In this document: piece after piece, positions 9,189-22,384 of the stretch | How positions within the stretch are numbered: position 1 is the stretch's first letter | Layout: every line of letters begins with the position of its first letter | Assembly: GCA_030141605.1 (NCBI GenBank) | Contig: JAQGDQ010001041.1 | Location: 1 to 64,000 of the forward strand | Length of the DNA stretch: 64,000 bases | Direction of reading: 5' to 3' | DNA from: Tubiluchus corallicola | Lineage: Eukaryota; Animalia; Priapulida | Notes under the pieces: model-generated | What the model was told of the DNA's origin: nothing | Seen by the model: the letters and a program-made list of their open reading frames with translations, nothing else | The model's database searches: none | Translations under genes and position numbers: made by a program

Positions 9189-10785
9189 CATCAATCATCA
9201 AGGCTTACTTTATTCTAAATGAACTCTATCTCACTAAAAATGCATGTCAGCAAATATTATTAAACAGAAAGTGCTTGAAAAAGTAACCTGGGATGTGAGA
9301 TAAAACTTAACATTATGGCAAGAGTATATGCACAGGTGCAAATCACGAAAAACAGATTAGAAAATATACTACAATTTTGTTTACATATTGTCACACTGAA
9401 ATTTTCAGTAGAAACATGATAGCTACATAAACTCAACAGATATTAACAGCAAGAAAATACTTATACTTTTTAATAAACACGGCATTTGAACTACCCCTAG
9501 TATTAGACAACAAGGCATGTCAAATAATTCAAGAGCACGCAAAACAAAAATATTATGAAGTAAAAGGAATAAATAAAAATAATCATATCTTTTCTGTTTT
9601 TTCCAATCATGGTTTGTGGGCAGACATTTTTTACAAATATTCCATGTTTTAAGCCATCATCAACATAATCTGCTCAAAGAAGTTTTCCTTTAGAAACAAT
9701 ACTTGACCGTCAAAAAACGAACGCTAGGTGGCCATGCGTGATAGCATAACATCCAGACAATGCAAAAACCTGGCTGAGATGATGGTAATAAGCTAGCTGT
9801 TAGTAGTTTATAGATGCGCATTTACGGTTGCCATTAACTCTAAATTTGTGAAAGTTTAGATTGCATTGTTTACCTCACAATGAGTAAATGGCCAAGTTTT
9901 GTATTACATGAAGGAGAACAAAACGGCAAAATGAACGGCTCTAAAGAGTTTTCACAAACCTTTAATCCAATTATAAAAATTTTCTTTATTGTGAGATAGA
10001 TGTAATTTTTTATATAAATGTAAATAGACAACATAGATTAAGCAAAGAGAATGAGAGAGTGAATAGATGAGTGTGAGATTGAATTTTAAGCGGCAAAATA
10101 ATAATTATAAAAACTTTAGAATGCAAAGGGGGGTAAACCTGAAAAGCACAAAACTTTTCATTTTCTTTCTTTCAAAATGATTTCTCATAAAGCATTTGTT
10201 ATCCAAAAAACAGACTTTAAATAAGTTCACACACTCACATGTGAACACACATGATATTGCATGCCAATGTAGATTGGACAAAAGTGTGACAGAGGATTTT
10301 GGACAAAATACGTCATCATCATAATGCTGCTACCTAATTGAATACCTACTTAACAATTTTTCATTCAGTCTATATTAAAGTCACAGTTCAATGAATGCTG
10401 CATTTGAAATTCAAAAAGAATGCAAAAATTTTTCATAAACATGTAACCTTCAATGGAACTACCAGATTAGAGTTACCAAATAGCAGTGATACAACTAAGT
10501 TGATTATACAGAAAAACGGTGTTACCGGACAACCGGAATACGTTATACATTATTACATATCTACCTGCATGTAAACAACCCAGTAGCTGCAGAAAAAGTA
10601 ACACATATTTATTGATAAGAGTGCATTCAAAACAATACTATTTTTTGCGGCTATTAAAAGTCGCGTAACCTAAATGAAATCTAACTTACATGATTGTCTA
10701 CAGCCTTGAAAATTGATAGACGATGAAAAAAACGGTCATGACAAAGTGAAAAACTATCATGGATAGATGCATTTCCTACATCAAA

Positions 10786-11376
10786 TGTGTGCTTGCATAC
10801 CAAAACCGCTCATAAGTTGGCGTAGTTAAAACTGCTTTATGATATTTCAAACTAGAATGATGTTTTGTCAATTTTTCGTATTTTGTAAAAACCAACGCTA
10901 AACATGTTGGACTTTTATATTCTAGCATCAAATTATCAGGAAAATGTCCAAAAAAATACTAAAAATCTAATTTTTTCAAACTCCGATTGTAACTCGTGAA
11001 AGCTGTCATTTTGCTTCGGATTTTTCCTGTTCACAAGTTCAGATCCTCGTCAGGAAGAGCCATCTACTGGATTTACACATAACCTCAATGTGTTTTTGCA
11101 AAGTCCATAGCAACCACACTTTCGTACGGTTGCTAAGTGTTTTGTAGAAATGTGATAAAAAACAATGGCTGACTTTAACAGCGATTTTCTCAAGATTACG
11201 TTTTCCAGCGTGCAGCCTGCACCTCAAATTCAGAGTGGATTATCTCAGCTTAGAAATAACGTAGAGCAATGAACTTGGTATCAAAATGATACTCACGAAA
11301 TGGAGATTCAGCATATGTGAATAACTAAGAAAGCTTAATTGCCGACTTATGAATGATTTTGCTATGCAAGCACACA
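10786..11376. mobile_element. MITE with ~45-bp TIRs just downstream of the NCS stop codon
   Basis: TGTGTGCTTGCATACCAAAACCGCTCATAAGTTGGCG pairs with GCCGACTTATGAATGATTTTGCTATGCAAGCACACA. Confidence 0.75.
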
Positions 11377-11574
11377 AATATAAATGCAAGATAGTCAAAA
11401 AGTGAAATAAAAGTAACTGGAAAAAAGCACAGAGCCTGAGTTAACACCATGTTACATATTCTGAAGCTCAAATCGTATTATGCAAATACAACAACAAAGC
11501 AACACATGCTGCACTATTAAAACAAACGTGCCAAAAAGCAACATATAAAATTTCAAACATATCTATCTATCTAT

Positions 11575-11751
11575 CTAACTAGCTGTGAGAATTTTGTACA
11601 AGTCTTCATCGCCTAGGCACCCCTTGGTAAATTCTTCCTCGGTTAACTTGCCGTCGCTGTTTTCGTCCATCCGATCAAAAATCATTTTTGCTCGCGCTTC
11701 TGGGGTATCCTGCTGTTGAGTGACCTCTGCTCCGAGCATGTCGTAGATGGC
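11575..11751 (-). CDS. ncs-2: Neuronal calcium sensor 2-like, last coding exon (EF-hand 4)
   Basis: Acceptor TTTTAG|GCC. Encodes AIYDMLGAEVTQQQDTPEARAKMIFDRMDENSDGKLTEEEFTKGCLGDEDLYKILTAS*. 177 nt, phase 0. Confidence 0.93.
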   Translation of the reverse strand, partial: AIYDMLGAEVTQQQDTPEARAKMIFDRMDENSDGKLTEEEFTKGCLGDEDLYKILTAS

Positions 11752-13055
11752 CTAAAAGATCAAGGTAGCAGCTTGCAATTAGACAGAAGAGGATTCACTA
11801 TCAAATCCACCCCACATGTCTTTAAAAAACTCAAAGTGGAAAGTATTCTAGATTTGCAATCCAATAAATCCAGCAGTTCATGTTAAATCACAGATGTTAA
11901 AAATATTCTTGTTAAATGTTAATGCTTTTTTAAAACCTAAAAATTTAGTTTTTTTGTCTGCAAATAGGGACTATCAGAAAACTTATATAGTTTTCTTCTA
12001 CAAATCAACAAAACAACTTGAATCCTAAACACTTTGTTCAAAAGAATTTTTTATACACGAGATTTTAATTACGTAATTGCTCATTGCACATATAAAATAA
12101 ACATGTATTTGAACAGGATATCAGCTGAGCAACAATGCTGTTATTTCAAAGGCCCTTTTAGGTTTTGGAACTTAACAAACGAGGAATAGATTATTGCACA
12201 TGACAAAAAATTAAGATTATCTCAATTTGGTGCATAGCACAGGGTTGCAGATGACGTCATCACTGTCCCTGGCATGCAACTTAGACACAAAATTCTTGTA
12301 GCAAAAGGCCAAGGCCTAGTATTAGTACATAACACATTTAGTCAAATTTTATTGCTTCGCTTGCAAGTTATGTACAAATATTTGATTTTGTGAAATGGAT
12401 TGAGGGGCACTGATGATGTAATTTGGCCACTTCTTGTGTTCTAAGGTCACTAATCATGCTATTAAATGAAAGCCCACATATAAGTTCTTATTCGTCCATA
12501 ATAGAACTCAAGTGTCTATTTGTTAACGTCTTGGAGTTATAAGCTGCCTATTTGTTAACGTTTTGGAGTTATAATCCGTCTATTTGTTAATGTTTTGGAT
12601 AATCTGTTTATTTGCTAACGTTTTGGACTTATAATCTGTCTATTTGTAATATTATTTATAATAATACCCTTGTAAGGTCCCTGGTTCAAATCCCGTCTAA
12701 GTCCCAACTTTTTCACATTTAATTACTTTCCAACAAGTCTTGTTTGGAAGTTTAATGATTACGAGTTTATGCCATCATAAATTAAAACACTCGAAATTAA
12801 GATTCACATACGTGATAATTATTTACTTCTTACTAAACAGGTCTGGATCAACACTGATGAAGTTTGTGCACCCATTGCATTAAACTTTTATGGTAATTAC
12901 AGAAGTGTTCATTGGTTACTCATTAGTTAATGCAAATTAACCATGCAACGTTATCTGTACATTCATAAATGATTCAACTACAAAAGGGGAATTACTTCTG
13001 ATTAGAATCTTAAGCAGTTGAACATTTATATAACAAAAATTATACCCTCACTCAT

Positions 13056-13689
13056 CAGTGGTGTGTAGCAAGTGTTTGTGGCACCCAGGGGCAAGAAAGT
13101 TCTGGCGCCAAGCCCTTTTAATGTTTTGATCATTTGTTTCGTAGGTGAAGCCGCAAATGATGCACGTTTTTTTTGCGTCCCTGAGCCCAACTTTCCCTTT
13201 TCGACAAGATTAAGGTGAATTTTTCCTAAGAATCACCCTGAATTTGATTTGCAGTACTGTACTAAAATAACTCTTTTCTATGCATTAGTTGAACGTAACA
13301 CGACAGTCCTTAAACATTCAGCTCCAGCGTTAAAACATGCAAAGATTATGAAACATACAGAACACTACAGGTTTTCACAATAATGCAACCAGCACTTAGA
13401 GAAGCGCCACTGTTTCTCCTAAAATGATCGATCTGCTAAGCCACTCCACACCCTGCACATGCCCTTAAGTAACAACATTAGCCTTTTTTCTAGTGTGCTT
13501 GTAGTAATTAAGTCAGTCACGATGATCTCTGACTAGGCAATTTTGTTGTAGTTTGAAAACTTTTGTTGTTTTGTTCATGTCGGATTAGTAATTAATAATT
13601 AACAGTCATTGAACTATAGAATTTTGTGTCCCTCACCCTTCAGCCCAGGGGTGATTGTTTCCTATTGCCCCCGCCTTGCTACGACTCTG
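13056..13689. mobile_element. Old hAT-like MITE
   Basis: Ends CAGTGGTGTGTAGCAAG...GGGGCAA and TTGCCCC...CTTGCTACGACTCTG. No TSD is recognisable. Confidence 0.45.
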
Positions 13690-14117
13690 TCAAAGTGGAA
13701 GACATTTTAGAAATAATGTGTGTGTTTCAGCTGAAATTTAAAAAACTGACGGGGGCATTCTAAGCAATTCCAAAAGCACCATATCTCTACCAGGCTAAAT
13801 TCAATTATATACACAGGATAATCATTTCTGGTAACAAGTTTAGAAACGAATTACTAGTACTGCAGGGAGTTAGGCTTTATCAAGAGCTCACAGAGGATGA
13901 AAGGTTAATTTATTCAGCATAAGTACGAAGTTTGTTTAAGATATCACAGATGAAAAGGATGTTAGCAAACTTTGTGTACGGGTTGTGCAAACAGAAAATA
14001 AGTGATATAAAAATGTTTAATATTCCGTGTCGATAAACTTTTCTGTATCAATTTCATTCCATGAGTTATTTACTCATACAGTACCATCATTTTCAGTTAT
14101 TGTTCCTATGAAAAAGT

Positions 14118-14284
14118 TTTTAGAAAAATGTACAAGTTTTAATATAAGTTTTATCATCTATTTACCTGGACTATTTTAGAAAAATATATAAGTTTTAATA
14201 TAAGTTCTATCATCTATGTACCTGGCTTATTTTAGAAAAATATATAAGTTTTAATATAAGTTTTATCATCTATGTACCTGGATT
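14118..14284. repeat. 56-bp tandem triplication including the NCS exon donor site
   Basis: ACCTGG occurs at 14164, 14220 and 14276, each preceded by the same AT-rich block. Confidence 0.9.
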
Positions 14285-14550
14285 ATTCGAACCATTTCGC
14301 TCAATTCTATCGTTCCGTTTCCATCCACATCGTACATTCTAAACGCCCACTTGAGTTTCTGCTCCGGCGTTCCGCTTGACGTCACGTTGATGGCAAGAAG
14401 GAACTCCCTGAAGTCGATGGAACCGGAATTGTCTTGGTCGAACGTTCTGAAGACGTGATCACAGAAGGTCTCCGCATTACCAGAGGGGAAGAACTGCTTG
14501 TAAACCTCTAAGAACTTTTTCCTAGTCAGCTGACCATTTGGACAGTCTTG
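14278..14550 (-). CDS. ncs-2: Neuronal calcium sensor 2-like, middle coding exon (EF1 DCPxG, EF2, EF3)
   Basis: Acceptor TTTGCAG|CAA and donor CAG|GTACAT. Encodes QDCPNG...[14 protein letters not shown]...[33 protein letters not shown]. 273 nt, phase 0. Closely resembles C. elegans NCS-2 as recalled. Confidence 0.95.
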
Positions 14551-14618
14551 CTGCAAAGAAAAATCAAATGGTCAATGTTACGTAACACCTACAAGAACAA
14601 TAATTAGTTAAATAATAA

Positions 14619-14754
14619 GGCTAAAGTTTACAATTCTCCACACACAATCGGATTAGGGTTAAGGTCAGGATTAGTATTAGGGTTAGAATTAGGGTTGGGG
14701 TTAGGGATAAAGTAAGGATATCTAAATTGCGTGGGGAATTGTAAACTCCTTCCC
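14619..14754 (+). mobile_element. Short element: inverted repeats enclosing degenerate TTAGGG repeats
   Basis: AGTTTACAATTCTCCACAC ... TTAGGG-like units ... GTGGGGAATTGTAAACT. A reverse homologue lies at 51507-51947. Confidence 0.75.
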
Positions 14755-14990
14755 ACAATAACACCTAGTACGTCATCACTACTAAAACTAATTGAAAACC
14801 CCTTAGTGACTGAATATTCAATTATTTCACAATCGAAGATTAAACTGTCTTAAAGGTAAATTCACCAAGATTCCTAAAGTATAAATTTAAGCATAAAAAT
14901 ATTTCACCTAAAAAAATATATCCATAATAAAAAATAAAAAAATTACAAAACTAATTTAAGTAAATCTAGAAAGTACGCATAAGAAGTTTG

Positions 14991-15293
14991 AGAGCCACTA
15001 ATCTATGTCTTTATATCTGGTGTATGTGAATGCTCAAGCTTCTTGCATATTGCTCTTTGATTTTTGTTAAAAACAAGGTGAACCCTTCAACACTTACACT
15101 AAAGCTTTCATTTCCCTATTTACAAGATACATGTAACATGTAACAATCAGAGCCACTAATCTATGTCTTTATATCTGGTGTATGAATGCTCAAGCTCCTT
15201 GCATAGTGTTCTTTGATTTTTGCTAAAAACAAGGTGAACCTTCAAAACTTCCACTAAAGCTTTCATTTCTCTATTTACCAGATACATGTAACA
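14991..15293. repeat. ~157-bp tandem duplication
   Basis: AGAGCCACTAATCTATGTCTTTATATCTGG occurs at 14991 and 15148. Confidence 0.85.
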
Positions 15294-15723
15294 TAATGAA
15301 TACATGACGCATTTGTGTCACACAAAACGGTGCCCACGGGACACACATTGCATTAACCACGCAACCGTGTGACGTTTCTTTGCGAACCTCTAATGACAAA
15401 ATGCGTCAATTTAGTTAAACTAGAATTAATGATTCGCACTGCACTTTTATCCTATATTCCCTTGATGTCACAATGCTTTTAAAAGTTCAAAATGAGACAA
15501 GTCAACTCTGACAGCATTTATACTGATGGTAGATATGTTGGACTGTTGGTGTTCTGTTCCAGTTAACAAGTTTTTTGTCTCTAAACCAAGCTTGGTTTTC
15601 ATTATGAACATCTTAATGCCAATTAGTGAAAGGCACTGACTCACTTTCCAGTGTGGACCACGGACTCAATAAAAAATTTATTAATTTTATTAGCAAGATA
15701 AAGTAATTTATACTTTTGCTTAG

Positions 15724-16101
15724 TTAAGGAAGAGTGTGCCATGAACGGTCTGATTATTTTTTCAAACTTTAAGCACTGTTACCTAAACTTGTTTCAAATG
15801 ACTTGCCATCAAAATGACGGTGCCCAATGGTCATCGCGGGAGTTTACACAGCGTTAATGCTAATGCAAGCCCCATGTGCAATAAGAATGCATAGTTATAT
15901 GAATTTTCAAAACGAATCTTTTTAGCTTCATCTACGAACTGTGTTTTTTCTAGTGCTTTAGTATTTGTTAGAACAAAGAAGACTCCCGCGATGACCATTG
16001 GGCGCCGTCATTTTGATGGCAAGTCATTTAAAACAAGTTTAGGTAACAATGCTTAAAGTTTGAAAAAATAATCAGAGCATTCAAGGCACACTCTTCTCTA
16101 A
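15724..16101. mobile_element. Fold-back MITE with ~115-bp TIRs and TTAA/CTAA flanks
   Basis: 15728-15843 is the reverse complement of about 15982-16097. Related arm fragments lie near 46580-46730 and 48130-48270. Confidence 0.85.
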
Positions 16102-16823
16102 CGCAGTCATTTGTGTACTGCTGAACAAAATAGCAAAGTTAAAAATTGCCGGTTTTCAAAATAGACATTATTACCATAAACATTAATTCATTATTATGTC
16201 ATTTTGACCTTCAACAATATGCAAACTACAGTCTGATAATAACAAAATTATCAATACCGATTCAAACAAGTGCGTTTAGATTTCACAAATGTGGGAACCA
16301 CAAAACTAACGCTTGGTTTTGACTTCTAGTGAAAATAGTCCAGTGAAAAAAGCTCGTGTTAGAGAATTTATTGTTAAAAACACTGTTACTGGCACAGAAG
16401 AACTAGTGTAAAGTGAAATTAAGCAAGAAATGTGAATCTGTCAGCAGGGTGTCAGCTAAAGTAGCCCTGCTGTACTTGAAAGTTATTACAAATAGATGTA
16501 AACATACGTTAATATTTTAACTATTATAATATTTCTTTTTAACGTGTATTAAAAATTCTTTTCAATTTTTGCTGTCAGAAATAAAAAAACACCAAAGTTT
16601 TTCAAGAAGTGAATCATGACAAACCTTGAAAAACCAGCATGAATCGTATTTCTTGTTCATTTATGGCCCTACGAAAGTTTTGCGAATAATGACAATACTA
16701 AATATTAAGATAGATATTATTTACTTAAAATTAAGTGCAATTTCTGATATCTGATATATATATATATATATATTTATTTATATGTGTTTATATATATATG
16801 TTTATGTATATGTTTACGATAGA

Positions 16824-17497
16824 ATGCTATGTGTTGATGATAGTCAATGAAGTAATTATTAAGAGACAATACGACTCAATTCACTTCTATTTTATTATCT
16901 ATCAACAGCAAGCATGTTGGAGATGATGACAGTGCTATGCGTTGATGATAGTCAATGAAGTAATTATTAAGAAACAATATGACTCAATTCACTTCTATTT
17001 TATTATCCATCAACAGCAAGTATGTTGGAGATGATGACAGTGCTATGCGTTGATGATAGTTAATGAAGTAATTATTAAGAGACAATATGCTCAATTCACT
17101 GCTATTTTATTACTTACAAGCAGCAAGCATGTTGGAGATGATGACAGTGCTATGTGTTGATGATAGTCAATGAAGTAATTATTAAGAGATAATTTGGCTC
17201 ATTTCACTTCTATTTTATTAACTATCAGCAGCAAGCATGCTGGAAATGATGATAGTGCTATGTGTTGATGATAGTCAATGAAGTAATTATTAAGAGATAA
17301 TTTGGCTCAACTATTAAAAGAGATGACTCAATTCACTTCTATTTTATTACCTATCAGCAGCAAGCATGTTGGAGATGATGATAGTGCTATGTGTTGGTGA
17401 TAGTCAATGAAGTAATTATTAACTATCAACGAGCAAGCATGTTGGAGATGATGACGGTGCTATGTGCTGATAATAGTCAATGAAGTAATTATTAAAA
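16824..17497. repeat. ~108-bp minisatellite
   Basis: TGCTATGYGTTGATGATAGTCAATGAAGTAATTATTAAG recurs at 16825, 16933, 17041 and onward. Confidence 0.9.
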
Positions 17498-18185
17498 GAG
17501 ATAATTAATATAGCATCCAGGGACTAACGAATGCAAGGGAATAGACACGACTGCAGCTCTGCAAACACATTATCACTCCATATGCAGTTATTACACGCCA
17601 ATAAATTATACATTTGGGGTCATTTCATGCAATTAGCTTGCTATAATGTGTTGAGTGATGCACTTGGTGCAAATATATAATGGCTGGTAACACGATCATA
17701 TGATAGCAGAAAGGAGTTTTCCTGGCTTTCTAAATTTCAAAGTCTGCTGTAATTTATACGCTTGTTTTCCAGCAAAACCGTCAAAACATAACAACAGTAA
17801 CAGAAAATTTTGAAATGTTGTACACTCATGTTTTAAGTTTCAACACTAGTGCTTTAGTAATCTAAATACGCCTGCCAAGGTAATTGAAGTTACTGACCCC
17901 CAAGGTAAATTTGAAAACCACTACAAACATTTCTAGGTTTGGCAGAGCATGTTTGTAAACACTACTGTCGAATTTTTTGTGTCAAGAGAAAAACAATTTT
18001 TACATAATATCCCAAAACACACAGGTTTAACATCAAATCACTATAATGTGTAAATTGAAATATTTTAAAATTAAAAAAAATCAGAGGTAAGTCACAACAG
18101 TAATCTAGGACACATTTAAACAAGAGTTTTCATAAATCACAATAAGCATTCTTAGTGCAATTTAATTTAGTTTTCTTATGAAGCT

Positions 18186-19102
18186 TTCAGACTGGTGAGT
18201 TTTCTTGTCAAGTAACTCGACTAGAGAGCAAAACCTGATGCGAGGTATTCTACGATAATAAGTACGAGTTGACACTCTATTCACTGCGAGAAGTGTCGTG
18301 AGTAACTCTCCGAGGTGTTCACACTACTTCTACGATAATAAGTACGAGTTGACACTCTATTCACTGCGAGAAGTGTCGTGAGTAACTCTCTGAGGCGTTT
18401 ACACGACTTCTACGATAATAAGTACGAGTTGACACTCTGTTCACTGCGAGAAGTGTCGTGAGTAACTCTCTGAGGCGTTCACACTACTTCTATGATAATA
18501 AGTACGAGTTGACACTCTATTCACTGCGAGAAGTGTCGTGAGTAACTCTCCGAGGCGTTCACACTACTTCTACAATAATAAGTACGAGATGACACTCTAT
18601 TCACCGCGAGCAATGTCGTGAGTAACTCTCCGAGGCATTCACACTACTTCTACGATAATAAGTACGAGTTGACAGTCTATTCACTGCGAGAAGTGTCGTG
18701 AGTAACTCTCCAAGGCGTTCACACTACTTTTACGATAATAAGTACGAGTTGACACTCTATTCACTGCGAGCAATGTCGTGAGTAACTCTCCGAGGCGTTC
18801 ACACTACTTCTACGATAATAAGTACGAGCTGACACTCTATTCACTGCGAGAAGTGTCGTGAGTAACTCTCCGAGGCTTTCACACTACTTCTACGATAATA
18901 AGTACGAGTTGACACTCTATTCACTGCGAGAAGTGTCGTGAGTATCTCTCCGAGGTGTTCACACTAGACAGTAATTCGCAGGAAATCAATTCACAGCAAC
19001 TGTTGAAAAGTTTGTAAAAACTTTCAGGCAGTAACTCACAAAGCAGTTAGTACTTCAGAGAGAGAAAACTCGCGACAGAAAACTTGCTAATCTGAACACG
19101 TC
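18186..19102. mobile_element. MITE (family of 3511-3925) containing nine 80-bp tandem repeats (18248-18966)
   Basis: Ends TTCAGACTGGTGAGTTTTCT / AGAAAACTTGCTAATCTGAA. TTCTACGATAATAAGTACGAG recurs every 80 bp. Confidence 0.85.
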
Positions 19103-20194
19103 GTTAGTGTGAACCGTACTGCATCATTAAATAAATTACATGAAGAATGTTAACAGTGATTCATGGCAACTCTTTGTCTAAATGTTTTTTAAAACCATCA
19201 TTGTTACATATCCCTCTCTTTCTTAGTTCACCATCTTTTAAATTATATGTTATAGTGTTCAAAGATGAAAACTAGTGAGTTTTTGAAAAGTTATCATTTA
19301 TAATACAATCTTTTATTAATAATATTGTGGAATTTTATGTACAAATGTTTGGTACACTTTATGCTTATCGAAAATATAAAGAACAAATAATGTGACATCT
19401 CACTTTATGTATTGTTTAATGTGATATGAAACTGGTCATAGATAGTGCAAAAAATTGATTTTTCAAAATGACAAAGAGTTGTGTGATTGGTTAACAACAC
19501 TGGTGATAAACCAACTTCTAAACAGCTTCCGATTTGGAAACTATATGAATTCCTTGATATCAACAACATATTTTGTAATAACATGTTAATGAAGCCAGAA
19601 TTTGATGGCATTTTCTAGGTTTCTTAGATGAAATAGATGAGTTTTCTTAGATGAGATTAGAACTCTGCTTGCTCTAATAATAAACTACCTAACGTTTGCC
19701 GTGTCACTTCAAATGAATAATGCCAAACAGCTACTGATATTAGACAAAATAACCTCACACATCTAACCTAAAGAAACGCCATGAAATAGCATCATCAGTT
19801 TTACGTGAGAACTGCAAATACTTTGTTATTTGCAAGGATTCGCTAAGTTGTAATTGCCCAGCAAACTCAGAGCAGACTGCAACGGTGTGTGTGGGCGAAA
19901 AGACACTAAAATTTCAAGACGCAATAATTTGAAAAGCAGCATGATGTCCTAATTTCCTTTGCAGTTAATTAATACTACACTCTTAAAGTTAAAAATATAA
20001 AAAGCATGTGCAGCCCACCCAAACTAGACATTTTCTTCTGCCACCAAAATACACATCATATAAAAGTAACAATGTATTTTATTGATCTTGAAATATTTAT
20101 ATGAGATGATAGTAAGTGAATTGATCTATTTCAACATATCTTCCTTTAAATGCCCGCACATCTGATCCACCAACAAATTTTAAAATTTGATTAC

Positions 20195-20760
20195 TTAAAC
20201 GAAAACCGGATGATTGTTTGTGCTCAATTTCATTTTAGTTTTCTATCCAAAATATATGCTAGTATATAAAGAAGTTAAAAAACCTTTTATATAAGTTAGC
20301 ACTTGTTTCCTATACTTGAATAATTAGCCTAGAAAGTTAATTAACGGCAATTGAACAAGGCAATTGCTTATGTCATAAACTAACCACAGTTTGTGCAATG
20401 GCAGGCATCTTCCCTTGTGCATCAAGCACATTTGCATGTTGGTGTTACTGTTTAAAGGTGTGATGTCACAAAAATGGGCTCAATGTCATATGAGTCAGAA
20501 ATTAACACTCCAGTTCATGATCATGGTTATACCGCCTTATATTTGTTGGCCACGCGAATGTGACAAAAAAGTGCCGTTGCCAATCTTAGTGGATTCGCTG
20601 AGTGGCGCGTAGCTTTGAAAGTTGAACGAAATTTGAGTATCCAAGGTAATTATTATTTAATCTAAGCTTTGATTTGAAAAAAGGCTTTTGTAGTTTTCAA
20701 AATTTTAGAGCATTCCTTATTCTGAACTAATGATTACATAATCATCCGGTTTTCTTTTAA
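20195..20760. mobile_element. TTAA-flanked Kolobok/T2-like MITE, family A (inverted copy)
   Basis: TTAA-ACGAAAACCGGATGAT ... ATCATCCGGTTTTCTT-TTAA. The interior matches 8067-8327. Confidence 0.8.
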
Positions 20761-20856
20761 CTGCATACAAAAGGGTATGTCTATTATTTTACTTTTTGTG
20801 TTCATCATCATCATCAGCATCGCTATAATTGTTAATGTTAATACTATTATTATTAC

Positions 20857-20899
<43 letters not shown>

Positions 20900-20951
20900 A
20901 TCAATATTATTATATAAACAAGGGAGATCATAGAAAACCTATCATACTTAC

Positions 20952-21068
20952 ATAAAATCCCCTATGCCATTCTTTTATCTGTTCCTCGTTAAAATTTGTG
21001 TTTGTCTTTAAAAAGTCTAAATCATCTTGAGCCAACTTGGGTTTCTTCTTTCTAAACACGTTGCCCAT
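20952..21068 (-). CDS. ncs-2: Neuronal calcium sensor 2-like, first coding exon
   Basis: Encodes [39 protein letters not shown]. Donor TAT|GTAAGT. An acceptor CAG at 21081-21079 lies 10 nt before the ATG. 117 nt; joins in frame to a 188-aa protein. Confidence 0.93.
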
Positions 21069-22384
21069 CTTCAGCTACCTGTATCAAAAACCAAAGAGAA
21101 AATTTTAATATCAATTAGTTTTTAATGCCAGTTAAGTCACGAAACTATTCAGAGAACTGGATAGGAGACCTAGTGCCTGTAAATTACATTAGAGTGGTTA
21201 CATCAGTAAGCCTTTTCACAGTTTCACTGTGCTCACGCACTGTTGCTGTAGGTCAAAGGTTAAGTGGACTACATCATTGCGTCTTAACTACAATCGACAC
21301 GTGAGGTGTGGGTAAAGCAAAGCCGTCTACCGCATCAGTTCAGTAACTCCAGTTGTTTTACGTTGACGTTACTTAGTTATGCATTAATCTGTGTACAGAG
21401 TGATTTACTAAGCAGGATCTCGTATGGGAATAAGAAAAAATGAATTAGGCAAGGTTTTAGCTACCTGATAAAACTGTCAAACTGATTTTCATTTAGGTGA
21501 TGCATATTTGAAAGTACACAAACCAGATACATAAGATAAAACTGTAAACTGTTTTCCAATCTCTCTACTCTGCATTTAGGTAAAACAGAGAAATTCAAGA
21601 GCAGTTGTATCTCATACCTTTTTTTAACTTTCAAACATAGTTTTAAACTCGTTTTTACTTAGGTTGCGTATAATGTGTCATAATACTTGTCTCTATCAGT
21701 CTACTTTGCTTAGTCTTTTAATTCACAGAATATTTTCTAGTTTTGCTCTCGTATAAATCACCTCTCGGTTGTAATAATAAACAAACGTATACATAAGATC
21801 AAAATGAGATCATCAAAAAGCAGGCATCGTTAAACTATTTATTGACAGAAACAGTGACAAATGTGTGTCTGTTAACCCGCGACTCTGACAAAGTTCTTCT
21901 AATGAAAGAACACATGCCATACACTGAGCAACTCAGCGTCAGTGCAGGCAAACACCAGCGTTCTGTTCAACAACCTAAAATGAGGCGGGCAAATATGTAA
22001 TCAGGCAATTTCAAAGGCAACTTTAAACGGAAGAATATTTCAATTGAAATAATGAACTTTGTCAAGAATCAATAGCTTGTTCCGCTTTGTGGTAGAAGTC
22101 AGAAGCCGGCGTAGTTGATATCGAGTGATGGAAATTTATGAGTCGTGCAGGCAACCACCCACAGGAATTATTTCATTTCTTACATTATTTTTAGCATGGG
22201 TTTCACCATGTATCAAAATCGTCACAAATTGTTATTCAGAAAGTCTATGAAATTTTGTTTATTTTCTTTCAAGAGAAAAAGCTCTTTGGAAAAACTCCTT
22301 TAACAACAGGTACTTGGATTAGAACTGGCGAACTTGAATCAAAGCAAATGTTTTGCTAAACTCAATAAATAATGTGATTGAAAC

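Noticed and set aside
18248-18966. CRISPR-like array (also considered for 49175-49631 and 63025-64000)
   Set aside because: The units are fully repeated with no unique spacers, the context is eukaryotic, and there are no cas genes.
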